NCBI GenBank assembly: GCA_041163625.1
Contig: JBEARB010000052.1
Location: forward strand, 1 to 62,544
Source: Pseudomonadota bacterium
GTDB lineage: Bacteria; Myxococcota_A; UBA9042
DNA length: 62,544 nucleotides
Direction: 5' to 3'
Made by a program: the position numbers and the translations under genes. This document shows, one piece after another, positions 37,801-45,997 of this stretch (the first letter of the stretch is position 1; each line of letters begins with the position of its first letter). A model generated the notes under the pieces. That model was not told where the DNA came from, made no database searches, and was given only the letters and a program-made list of their open reading frames with translations.

Positions 37801-40800
37801 CGCCACACAGCACGCCGCGAGCGCGGAGTGCGCGTCGCTTTCACTCCCAATCCGAGCCACCAACGCGTCCAGGCGGGCACGCTCGTCGGGCTGCTGGAGC
37901 AGCGCGCGTGCGCTCCAATCGAGCGCGAGGCCGGGGTCCGCCAGAGGGCCGTCGGCGTGGGCGATCAGGCGATCCAAGCCGGCGATCTGCGCGTCGTCGT
38001 CGAGTTCCGCGAGCAGCTGCAGATGGACCGAAGCCCAGCGTTGAGGCTCGCTCGCCGGGTCGAGCACCGACGCGGCTCCCCGCAGCAGCGCTAGTTCCTG
38101 TTCCGCCGGCAATACCGCCGGCGCGTCGAGGAGCTGCACGAAGATGGCCGCGTCCTCGGGGCCGAAGCCGTCCGGCCGCGCCGCGGCGAGGGCCGCGAAC
38201 GCCCCGGCCTTGTCGCCCGATTGGAGCAGCTGCGCGACGCGGCGTTCGAGCAACTTGGCCGAGCGCGAGGCGTCGCCGTCGCCCGCCGCCTCGAGGCGCT
38301 CCAACGTCTCGAACACGCCCGACGTGTCGCCGGCCCGTTCCCGCGCGGCGAGCGCCTGCAGCAGCCGTTCGCGGCGCGTGGCGTCGTCCTTCGCCGCCGC
38401 GGCCTCGGCCTCGAGCGTCTCGGCGAGCAGGTCGTCCTGACCCGTCTGCGCCAGCAGCGCGTACAGGCGGGTGCCGCGCTCCTCGGTCGGGACGTTGTCC
38501 TGGGCCAACTTCAGCCAACCCGCGGCGAGCTCGGCGTCGCCGGCTTGCTCGGCCTCCTGCGCCGCCGCCTCGAGCAGCCGCGCGCGTACCGTCGCCTCGG
38601 CGGCGCCCTCGACGGCCGTCAGGTACGCCTCGTACAACTCCTCGCGGCGCTCGGCTCCGAGCGCGTCACGCAGCGCAGTCCAGCGGGCGTCGTCGCTCGG
38701 CTGCCCCAACGCGAGGGCGCGCAGCGCCATGGTCGGATCGTCGGCGAGCGCGGCCTGGCGCTCGCGCAGCGCGATCTGCCGGTCGGCCGTCGCGACGCCC
38801 GCCGCCCGCTCGAGCAACATGGTCGCCGCAGCGGGCGCCAGTGCCGTCACCGCCGCGTCGAAGGTCGCTTCGTCGGCGAGGAGCGCGTCGTCGTCGCTGG
38901 TAGCGGCCCAGCGCTCGGCGGCCTCCGCTGCGCGTGCTGCTCCGAGCTGCAACGCCGAGCGGGCCCAGCCGGCCGCACTGCCGCGCTCGCCGGCCAACGT
39001 CGCCAGCCGGGCGGCGTCGAGGTAACCGGCCTCGGCCCGCTCCCCGTCGGCGCGCGAGGCCTCGTTGGCGAGCAGCGCGGCGGCGTCCAGGGCCAGACCT
39101 CCGCCCTCGGCGATCGGGACCGCGATCGCGACGAGGTCGGCGCGTGCGCTGGCGTCGTCGGTCCGCTCGATTTCGGCGCAGATGGCTGCGAACGCCGCGT
39201 CGGCTCGGCCCGCCTGCGCGAGCTGATCGACGAGCGCGAGGACGCGCGTCGTCCGCGTCTCGGCGTCCGGTGCGTTGGCGACTCCGGCCTCCAAATGCGC
39301 GATCAAGCGATCCGCGTCGCCCGCCGCCTCGAGCAGGCTGCCGCGCAGCACGAAGGCGTCAGCGGCCACGGCCGAATCCACGGACTCGTTCGAGGCGTCC
39401 AGCAGCGCGTCGAGCAGGGCGAGCGCCTCACTCTCCGCGCCGCGGCCGATCGCACGTTCGATCAACCGCATCCGCATCGCGTCGCGGCGCGCAGGAGCCG
39501 CCCCCCGGGCGATCTCCGCAACCACCGCGTCGGTTTCAGCCGCCTCGCCGGCGGCGTCGCCCAGGCGCAGCACGGCCTCCAACGCCTCGTCGTCGTCCGG
39601 CGTCGCGCTGAGTTGAGTCGTCCACAGGCCGAGCGCCGTCGTCGCGTCCCCGAGCCGCGACTCGGCCAGCCGCGCCGCCTGCCGTCGCGCCGCGGGGCCC
39701 GCGTCGCCGCCCGCCTCGGAGGCCGCGATGTGCGCCGCGACCAGCTCCTCCCAGCGCTCGCCTTGCTCGAGCGTCTCGAGCCAGACGGCCCGCGCGGCCG
39801 GGTTGTCGCCAGCGGCGCCAGCGAGCGCCTCGGCCAGCGTCGCGTCGTCGATACCCGCTCGCTCCGCCGTGTCGCGCAGCAGCGCCAGCAACCCGTCATC
39901 CTCGGGAGTGGCAGCGAGCGCGTCCCGCAGCGCGGCGAAGCCCTCGGCCGTGTCCCCGCGGAGCGTCGCCAACTCACGGAGCTTGTCGGCGCGAGCGCGG
40001 CCTTCGCACGCGGCCGCAGCGCGCACCAGCACCGCCTCCCTCGCCTGCAGATCGCCGCGCGCGGCGAACAGCATGTCGAGCGTCTCGAGTTGGCCGGCGT
40101 CGGCCGCCTCGACGCGGTCTGCGGCCGAAGCAGCGGCTTCGTCGTCGGTCGGATCGAGCGCCAGAACTTCCAGCCACGCCGCCAGCGCCTCGGGCGCGTC
40201 GTGCTGCGCACCGGCGAACTCGCGCAGGGTCGCGACCCGGGTCTCGATGTGCGCTTCGTCGTCGTCGAGCAACGCGAGCCGCTCGCGCAGCGCCGCGACC
40301 AAGGCCTGCTCGTCACGCCCACGCAGGGCGTCGAGCCGCGCAGCCCAGAGCACGTCCGAGGTCGGTAGGTCCGCGGTCGCGCGTCGCAACGCATCGGCCG
40401 CCGCGGCCGCGTCGCCACGTTCCTCGCGATGTGCCTCGGCGAGCTCGAGCCAGCGCATCGTGCGCTCGTCCTCGTCCTCGGTGGCGTTCGCCATGCGTTC
40501 GAGCGCCGAGCACAGCGCGTCGGCGTCGCGCGCCTCGCGCCAGATCACCGTCAGCGCGCGCAAGGCCGTGCGCCGGGCTTCGTCCTGCGGGCCGGAGCCC
40601 TCGATCAGCGTCTCGTAGGCGCGCGCAGCCTCGTCCAGTCGCCCTGCCGCGTGCGCCCGCTCCCCGAGCCGTGCCAGCAGGCCCGCTCGGTGTTCGGGGT
40701 CGCGCGCGGCCACGCCGTCCGCGTCCTCGTCCGAGACCCCCGCGAGGCTCGCCAACAGCGCGTCCAGCCGATGCGCCAGGCCACGGCGCTGCGCGAGCGC

Positions 40801-43800
40801 GTCTGCCCGAGCCCAGAGGGCATCGTCGCTCACCTTGAGGCGAAGTGCCTCGTGCAGCGCCGCGAACGCGCGCTCACCGTCGGCGAGTTGTTGGTCTGCG
40901 AGCTCGGCGATGTCGAGCAGTTGCTGTACCCGCGCTTCGCGCTCGGTCGCCGGTGGCGAGACCTCGAGCGCCCGGGCGAGCTCGTCGTGCCGGCCGTGCG
41001 CGCGCGCGACCGGCGCGACCAGGGCGGCGATGGCCTCGGCTTCCTCCGGGATCTCGAGCCGCGCCGAGACGATCGCCAAAACGGCCTCGCCCTCGGCGTC
41101 GAGTCGATCGGCCGCCGCCAGCAATCGCATCGGCGTCGCAGCGGCCTGCACGACGATCGCGCCCGTGTCCCCGTTCGGCAGCTCGATGCGCTCGAGGAAG
41201 GCTCGGCACGCGAGCGTAGCGTCCTGCAACTCCGCTGCCAGCATCGCGTCGAGCGCCGCCGCGTGCGCGACGCGGTCGTCGCCGGCGCGCCGCGCGTCGA
41301 CCAATCCGATCCAAGCCTCGCTCGCGTTCGGGCGCAGCGCGAGCACCGCCTCCCAGAGGGCACCGGCGCGTACCGCGTCCCCGAGGCTGCCGGCCGCGAG
41401 CGTCGCAGCCCGAACCAGCAGGTCGGCCCGCTCCTCGCCTTCGGTGGCCGCGGCTTGCGCCTGCAGCGCGGCGACGGCCTCGCCCCAATCCCGGGCTTCG
41501 GTCGCCAACCGCTCGACGAGTTGCCAATCGGCCAGCGTCGCTTCGCCCTCGCCCAGGTGCAGCGTCAGCGCCGCGAGCACCGTGTCGCAGCCCTCGGCGC
41601 TGCCCAGCGCGAGCGATGCTGCGGCGTCGAGCAGCGCGCGACCGGCTGCACGCGCGTCACCCTGCGCACGTTGGCTCGCGAGCTCGGCCAGCTCCTGCAC
41701 GCACGCGGCTGCCATGCCGGCCCGCTCGGCCGATTCGACCACGCGCAGCGCCGCCCCGGCGTCGCCGTCGGCCAGCTCGGCGTGCAGCAGCGCCATGGCG
41801 GCGGCGTAGCCGGCTTCGTCGTCGCCGGTCTGCTCCGCGAGCGCGAGGCGCTCGGCCAGCGCGTCGCGTCGCACGGCGCCGTCAGCGTGCTCACACAGCG
41901 CCGCGAGCGCGAACAGCCGTCCGTCGTCGTCTTCCGCCGCAGCCGCGAGCGCCGCGGCGAGCTGCGCGCTTTCGGTGATGCGCGCGGAGTCCTCGCTCGC
42001 GAGCGCACGCGCCACGCCGGCGGCGGCCAGGTCGGCCGCGCGGCGGGGGTCCGCGCTGACGCGGGCGGCGAAGGCGAGCAACTCGGCGGCGCCAGCGTCG
42101 CTCGCGGCGCCGGCCTCGGCCTCGATTTGGTCCGCCACGGCCTCCCGGCTCTGTCCGGCGCGTTCGGCGGCCTGCACGGCGGAGTCGGCGTCGCGGCGGG
42201 CGATGGCCGAGCGCAGATCGGCCTCGCTGAGGATGGCGGCGTCGGGCCGTGCCTCGCGCAGGGCGTCCATGTCGGTTCGCAGCGCGTCGTCCTCGCTGCC
42301 GAGCGCGAGGCGCGTGCGCACCAACGCTTCCAGCAGGTCCGCGCGCTCGTCGTCGGTGACCGACGCCTTGCCGGCGGCGAGCACCTCGACGGCGTCGCTC
42401 GTGTCGCCGGCCTGCTCGAGCAGCAGACCCAGCCGCAGACGACGGGGCAGGGCGCTCGGTCGCGCTTGCACCGCCCGGCGCAGCAGGTCCACTGCGTCGG
42501 CGCCGAGCTCGGCATCCGCCGCGGCGTCGGCGGCCTCGCAGAGGTGATCGACGGCGTCCTCGCCCGTGGCACCGGCCTCGGCGCGGAGCGCGGCCTGGAC
42601 CCTCGTCGCACCGCCGACGGTGCGCGCATACGCGAGCCAGGCGGCGACCGCGTCGGCGTCGGCGTCGGCGTCGGCCGCGATGGCCCCGGCAGCGACGGCG
42701 GCCGCGTCTGCATCGGGTCGCTCGTTCAGGTGCAGACCGAGCAGCTCGCGCGCCGCGGCGCTCGACTCCGCGCCCGGCTCCAGGCCGCTGAGGCGCTGCA
42801 AGAGCAGCGCGGCCAACTCGTCCCATTGCCGCGCGGCACGCAGGGCTCCGGCGACCTCTTGGCCGACGTCGGAGCGCTCGGGGGCGACCGCCGCCAGCCG
42901 ATGCAGCGCCTGAAGACGCGCGCTCGGATCGGGCAGCTCGCCGTCGTCGCCGAGCAATCGACACAGCTCGTCGAGGGCCTCGGCAGCGGCGCCGGCATCA
43001 CCACGCGCCTCGGCGAGCGCAGCTCGGCGCTCGAGCAGGTCGGCGAGCAGGACCGCGTCGCCGCTCTCGCGCTCGTGGGCGGCCAAACGGGCCAGCGCCT
43101 CGTCGTGGTCGGGCGCCAGCGTGAGCACGCGATGCCAGGCTTCGGCCGCGCGCTCCGGGCTCGCCATCGGGCCCTCGGCGAGTCGCGCCATCTCGAGGGC
43201 GGCGGCCAGCGCACGCTCGACGCCGTTGGTCTGCACGTTGTCGACGCGCTGGCCGAGCAGCACGAACAGTCGCTCCCACTCCTGGTTGTCTCGGTAGCGC
43301 TGCTCGAAATGGTCGAGTGCCTCGCGGTTGTCGGGATCCAGGGTGCGGACGCGGCGCAGCATCCGGTCGGCGCGTTCGGCGTCGCCCTTGGCGGCGGCGA
43401 TCCGGGCAAGCCCGAGCGCGGCGACGGCTTCGGCTTGGCGGTCGCGTGCGCGGACGGCCTCGCCACGCAGCAATTCGAGCGCCGGCTCGGCCTCCTCCTC
43501 GCCAGCCTGGGCGCGCGCCGCCAACGATCGGGCGCGCAGCGTCAGGTCGTCGGGCAGGGCCTCGGAGAGTGCGTCCAGCGCCACGATCAGGGCCTCGGGG
43601 GCCTCGCGATCGACGTTCGGCAGGTTGGCCAACTCGTCCGCCGTGCGCAGACGAATGTGCATCGGCTGCTCGGTGGCGAGCGCGGCCGCCAGCGCGCGGG
43701 CCAGCAGCGTCGGCTGACCGGCGGCACGGGCCGCTTCGGCCCAGAGCGCGGCGATGCGCTCGGGATCGGCACCGGCTTCGGCCGCGTCTGCGAGAACGAC

Positions 43801-44463
43801 GGCCGTGTCCTCGGGCGGCTCGTCGCCGATGACGAGCATCTCGGCGTAGTCGACCAGCGCGTCGGCGATTGCCCCCTCGCCGGCCTCGCCGAGCGCGATC
43901 CGCAGGCTGCGCAGGGCCTCTTCGCGGGCTTCGTGCTGGCTCGCGGCCACCTCTCGTAGCTCGGCGGCGGTCGCCGCCATGGTCTCGTCGAGTCCGGAGG
44001 AGAGCTGGCCCAGGGCGGCCTCGGCGCGATGGCCGTGGCCGAGTTCGACGTGCCGGCGGGCGGCCTCGAGCCAGGCGTAGTCGCGGGTCTCGGCGGGCGA
44101 GAGGGCGGCGACCGCGTCGACGACGTCGGCCATGCGACCGAAGCGGCCGAGGCTGGCGTCGGCGTCGGCGAGCTCGATCAATCGGGCACCCGTCGCGCTC
44201 TGTGGGGCATGACGGAACGACTCGCGCAGAAGCAGTGAGGCGCGCTCACGATCTTCGCCCACGACCAGGGCCGCAGCCCGCTCGAGCAGCGCTGCCCGCG
44301 CGCGCGGATGCGGCTCACGACCCGCGAGCCCGACCAGCGCGTCGGCGACACGTGCCCGGGTCCCCGGGTCGGTGGCCGAGCCGTGCTGCTCCAGGATGGC
44401 ATGCACCGCTCCCGCATCCGGGAGCTGGATTCCGTCCTGATCGTAGGGCTGCAAGTCGCTCAT
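34813..44463 (-). CDS. giant (3216 aa) all-alpha TPR-like/helical-repeat protein, no signal peptide, no recognisable enzymatic domain
   Basis: Uninterrupted 9651-nt frame with G/C-rich third positions. Recurrent units of the type A..W..VL.L.PD..EAL..L....G.W..LA.LL.RR. Canonical TPRs in the last ~250 aa. ATG 44463 with GGAG upstream. Confidence 0.85.
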   Translation of the reverse strand: MSDLQPYDQDGIQLPDAGAVHAILEQHGSATDPGTRARVADALVGLAGREPHPRARAALLERAAALVVGEDRERASLLLRESFRHAPQSATGARLIELADADASLGRFGRMADVVDAVAALSPAETRDYAWLEAARRHVELGHGHRAEAALGQLSSGLDETMAATAAELREVAASQHEAREEALRSLRIALGEAGEGAIADALVDYAEMLVIGDEPPEDTAVVLADAAEAGADPERIAALWAEAARAAGQPTLLARALAAALATEQPMHIRLRTADELANLPNVDREAPEALIVALDALSEALPDDLTLRARSLAARAQAGEEEAEPALELLRGEAVRARDRQAEAVAALGLARIAAAKGDAERADRMLRRVRTLDPDNREALDHFEQRYRDNQEWERLFVLLGQRVDNVQTNGVERALAAALEMARLAEGPMASPERAAEAWHRVLTLAPDHDEALARLAAHERESGDAVLLADLLERRAALAEARGDAGAAAEALDELCRLLGDDGELPDPSARLQALHRLAAVAPERSDVGQEVAGALRAARQWDELAALLLQRLSGLEPGAESSAAARELLGLHLNERPDADAAAVAAGAIAADADADADAVAAWLAYARTVGGATRVQAALRAEAGATGEDAVDHLCEAADAAADAELGADAVDLLRRAVQARPSALPRRLRLGLLLEQAGDTSDAVEVLAAGKASVTDDERADLLEALVRTRLALGSEDDALRTDMDALREARPDAAILSEADLRSAIARRDADSAVQAAERAGQSREAVADQIEAEAGAASDAGAAELLAFAARVSADPRRAADLAAAGVARALASEDSARITESAQLAAALAAAAEDDDGRLFALAALCEHADGAVRRDALAERLALAEQTGDDEAGYAAAMALLHAELADGDAGAALRVVESAERAGMAAACVQELAELASQRAQGDARAAGRALLDAAASLALGSAEGCDTVLAALTLHLGEGEATLADWQLVERLATEARDWGEAVAALQAQAAATEGEERADLLVRAATLAAGSLGDAVRAGALWEAVLALRPNASEAWIGLVDARRAGDDRVAHAAALDAMLAAELQDATLACRAFLERIELPNGDTGAIVVQAAATPMRLLAAADRLDAEGEAVLAIVSARLEIPEEAEAIAALVAPVARAHGRHDELARALEVSPPATEREARVQQLLDIAELADQQLADGERAFAALHEALRLKVSDDALWARADALAQRRGLAHRLDALLASLAGVSDEDADGVAARDPEHRAGLLARLGERAHAAGRLDEAARAYETLIEGSGPQDEARRTALRALTVIWREARDADALCSALERMANATEDEDERTMRWLELAEAHREERGDAAAAADALRRATADLPTSDVLWAARLDALRGRDEQALVAALRERLALLDDDEAHIETRVATLREFAGAQHDAPEALAAWLEVLALDPTDDEAAASAADRVEAADAGQLETLDMLFAARGDLQAREAVLVRAAAACEGRARADKLRELATLRGDTAEGFAALRDALAATPEDDGLLALLRDTAERAGIDDATLAEALAGAAGDNPAARAVWLETLEQGERWEELVAAHIAASEAGGDAGPAARRQAARLAESRLGDATTALGLWTTQLSATPDDDEALEAVLRLGDAAGEAAETDAVVAEIARGAAPARRDAMRMRLIERAIGRGAESEALALLDALLDASNESVDSAVAADAFVLRGSLLEAAGDADRLIAHLEAGVANAPDAETRTTRVLALVDQLAQAGRADAAFAAICAEIERTDDASARADLVAIAVPIAEGGGLALDAAALLANEASRADGERAEAGYLDAARLATLAGERGSAAGWARSALQLGAARAAEAAERWAATSDDDALLADEATFDAAVTALAPAAATMLLERAAGVATADRQIALRERQAALADDPTMALRALALGQPSDDARWTALRDALGAERREELYEAYLTAVEGAAEATVRARLLEAAAQEAEQAGDAELAAGWLKLAQDNVPTEERGTRLYALLAQTGQDDLLAETLEAEAAAAKDDATRRERLLQALAARERAGDTSGVFETLERLEAAGDGDASRSAKLLERRVAQLLQSGDKAGAFAALAAARPDGFGPEDAAIFVQLLDAPAVLPAEQELALLRGAASVLDPASEPQRWASVHLQLLAELDDDAQIAGLDRLIAHADGPLADPGLALDWSARALLQQPDERARLDALVARIGSESDAHSALAACCVALSRHVDGAEAADAAVAATLVRHVGDDPDLLDAIAQRADDPGFALAALDGLTAALRSRDAATAAQSLERAALAVAGDADRMRVAKALAGAAADDASRLGDALEAAVAVAQEDGFVELMELLLDAARKADRADAWLDIAEVVAPREDLDRDVARVLCGLAAGVAADDLDDPARAADTWARLWDADPSDRDVRDAVLAMRRAAGDPGRLAADLDRAVMAGGDDVGALRLELAELLVESIGRPRAALVHLRSQLEADPTDEAASAWVERLSEQPSLARDALDMLVKAYRAREDHAGLAGVLDRRVKLRGDKQSAADLRELAALLSGPLRKPTEAKKAATRAAAVARDTASADALLGAALASDDPDEVARAAGLALSMGLSDAAQRDVARRADAFLAERAPDHAGREAVLRSLCRVEPDNEDAWAALDHIYEAGGRWDELLALRRERLPKFEEGGERVAHLNEIAGLAAARGRLSVAVEAYNALGNMLEDDPTPYETLAELLANTNQTEARADALEALAGRVEGPDRLRALCEAARLRAGPLKDREGAGRLYAVAFAEDASIDEAFVFLEKSANGPRELVSLLQRRADAMDSGPSRVVVLRKLATQLGELGDHGGARAALARAHADAPDNDALSVELLEACEDAGDWPGFRDIAARRLEGPLPRPERLLLLRKLARMSVDHHDDAERWVSALEQAVSGDKEAASLRGLMAAQSDDPETAATGLEKVLRDVDDPARKTRLLTRLWQLYDQLGQEPKAISTLQRLIQSEPRRFEAHARLCELFASRGSHEALREALRHWHDALPADHPDRAAVALRLGTLLVELGEDDRAAPLLDAAVAALPHDAEALAAVALLKTRAGAFDEAVELQLRVVDRLRRTGARDAVPAASGRAAALLERVGRHEEARTHFRTALAAHPDDVDALLGMGRVCLQLGDVGRALVEFERVAQMSADAASATERAQAQVGLGHGWLRQNKKAQARTAFNRALELQPGMREALEGLSGV

Positions 44464-44544
44464 CGGCGCGCTCCACCGCGCCGACCGGTCCCGCGAAGGA
44501 GGCGTCCACGCCTCGGTTCACGTCGGCCCGCGCTATGGCGACCG

Positions 44545-44573
44545 AGACTATCCTGAGGGCCCGATCGCGACAA
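44545..44573 (-). promoter_or_regulatory. sigma-70-type promoter candidate for the giant gene: TTGTCG-17 nt-TAGTCT
   Basis: On the minus strand, TTGTCG (44568-44573), a 17-nt spacer, then TAGTCT (44545-44550). This sits about 80 nt upstream of ATG 44463. Confidence 0.3.
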
Positions 44574-44599
44574 GCGGAGCAGGCCGCCGCACGCGATCG

Positions 44600-44938
44600 T
44601 CAGCGAGCGTAGCGATCTTCCAGGCGCACCACGTCGTCGAGCTCCGGCGTGCTGACCTCGACCAAGCGGACGTCGACGTCATCGGCGGCGAAGCGGTGGA
44701 CGGTTCCCGGGGTCACGTGGAACGACTCACCGACCTGCAGCCGCCGGATCTCGATGGCGTCGTCGCGACCGACTTCGAGGCGCAACACGCCCTCGAGCAC
44801 GTAGATCGTCTCTTCCTTGCGCTCGTGGTACTGGCGGCTCAACTCCTCGCCGGCCTTGATCACGAGGAACTTGCCGGCGTAGCGCGCCGTCTCGGCCCAA
44901 ATCTCTTCGTGGCCCCAAGGTTTGTCGACGATTCGCAT
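44600..44938 (-). CDS. cupin-domain protein (mannose-6-phosphate isomerase type II C-terminal-like)
   Basis: Start set at ATG 44938 (GGAGAG RBS). DKPWGHEEIW...S.QYH..K.ET.YVLEG...H. Confidence 0.7.
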   Translation of the reverse strand: MRIVDKPWGHEEIWAETARYAGKFLVIKAGEELSRQYHERKEETIYVLEGVLRLEVGRDDAIEIRRLQVGESFHVTPGTVHRFAADDVDVRLVEVSTPELDDVVRLEDRYAR

Positions 44939-44978
44939 GCTCTCTCCGTGCCCCCGCGGCGGGCGGGGCGCAGCAGCA

Positions 44979-45341
44979 TCACGCCTCCGCATCGCCCTTG
45001 CAAGGCGGGCCGCCGAAGCGCTCGCTGCCGGCGAGGATCGCCGCTCCGACGTGCAGCACCAGCGCGAAGATCAGCGCCACCGGCGCGTCCGGCACCACCG
45101 TCAGCGGAGACTTCAGGGCGCCCAGTTCACGGAAGAGCACCAGCGGAGCCGGATAGCCCGTGCGGTTGTGCACGACCAATTCCAACGAGCAGGCCAGCAG
45201 GAGAAAGGCCACGCCCAGGAGCACGCCCGCCGCCGCGAGCACGTCCCCGTGCACGAGTTGGCCCCCGCCCGGAAGGAGCAGGCCCAGCAGTCGCGCGCGA
45301 CGCCGGCGGTCGGCCGGCGCTGTGATCGGTTCGGACATCAT
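44979..45341 (-). CDS. small membrane protein, hypothetical
   Basis: ATG overlaps the upstream stop (ATGA). GAGGAG RBS. Three hydrophobic segments. Confidence 0.55.
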   Translation of the reverse strand: MMSEPITAPADRRRRARLLGLLLPGGGQLVHGDVLAAAGVLLGVAFLLLACSLELVVHNRTGYPAPLVLFRELGALKSPLTVVPDAPVALIFALVLHVGAAILAGSERFGGPPCKGDAEA

Positions 45342-45997
45342 CGCTCCTCGCGTGGGCTCGCGACGCGCAGGCTGCGCAGCGCCGCCTCCAGGGGGGCGCG
45401 CCGCGCCTTGAGCAGCGCGACCGGCGCGACGATCTGCGCCAACACCAGGCCGCGTTCACTCTCGACCGCGACCAGAAGCATCGCGTTGCGTTGCGCGCCG
45501 ACCAAATCGATGGCCTCGATCAAGCGGCCGTCCAGGTCGCCGAGCTCGACGCGCTCGTCGCGCAAGATCCCGGCCATGCCGCTCCTGCGCACCGCCTCGA
45601 TTCGTTTGTCGATGACGGCTTCGGGGTCCTGATCGCCGAGCTGGTGCAGTTCCACCGTGAGCAGCGCCACCACTTGGCCGCGGTGCTGCAGGACGAAGAC
45701 GCGATCGGCTTTTCGCTCGAAGGGCTTGGGGATCTCCAAGCTGGCGCCGGTTCCGGGGATCGAGCTCCGTTCGCCGCGCTCGACCGTGATTTTGTCGACG
45801 TCCAGCGGCGTCGGCGTCGTCTGTACGGCACCGCACGCAGTCGCCGCCGAGAGCACCAGACCGAGCGCCGCCAGCAGGACGCTGCGACGGGGGTGGTCTG
45901 CGCCCGCGTGACGGGGCGACAGGGTCGATCGAAGTGGGCTAGTTCGTTCCGACACGGGCGATCCGTCGTACGCGGTCGCAAAGGTCGCCGAGGACAT
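45338..45997 (-). CDS. lipoprotein, hypothetical (start uncertain)
   Basis: Lipobox-like LVLSAATAC. Good GC3. ATG 45997 would overlap the cysNC 3' end by 59 nt; GTG 45955 is an alternative start. Confidence 0.55.
   Translation of the reverse strand: MSSATFATAYDGSPVSERTSPLRSTLSPRHAGADHPRRSVLLAALGLVLSAATACGAVQTTPTPLDVDKITVERGERSSIPGTGASLEIPKPFERKADRVFVLQHRGQVVALLTVELHQLGDQDPEAVIDKRIEAVRRSGMAGILRDERVELGDLDGRLIEAIDLVGAQRNAMLLVAVESERGLVLAQIVAPVALLKARRAPLEAALRSLRVASPREER

Noticed and set aside
44562-44599. 8-bp inverted repeat CGATCGCG...CGCGATCG after the cupin gene as a terminator.
   Set aside because: The loop is 22 nt, there is no U-tract, and the element overlaps the proposed -35 of the giant gene. 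It is too weak to call.
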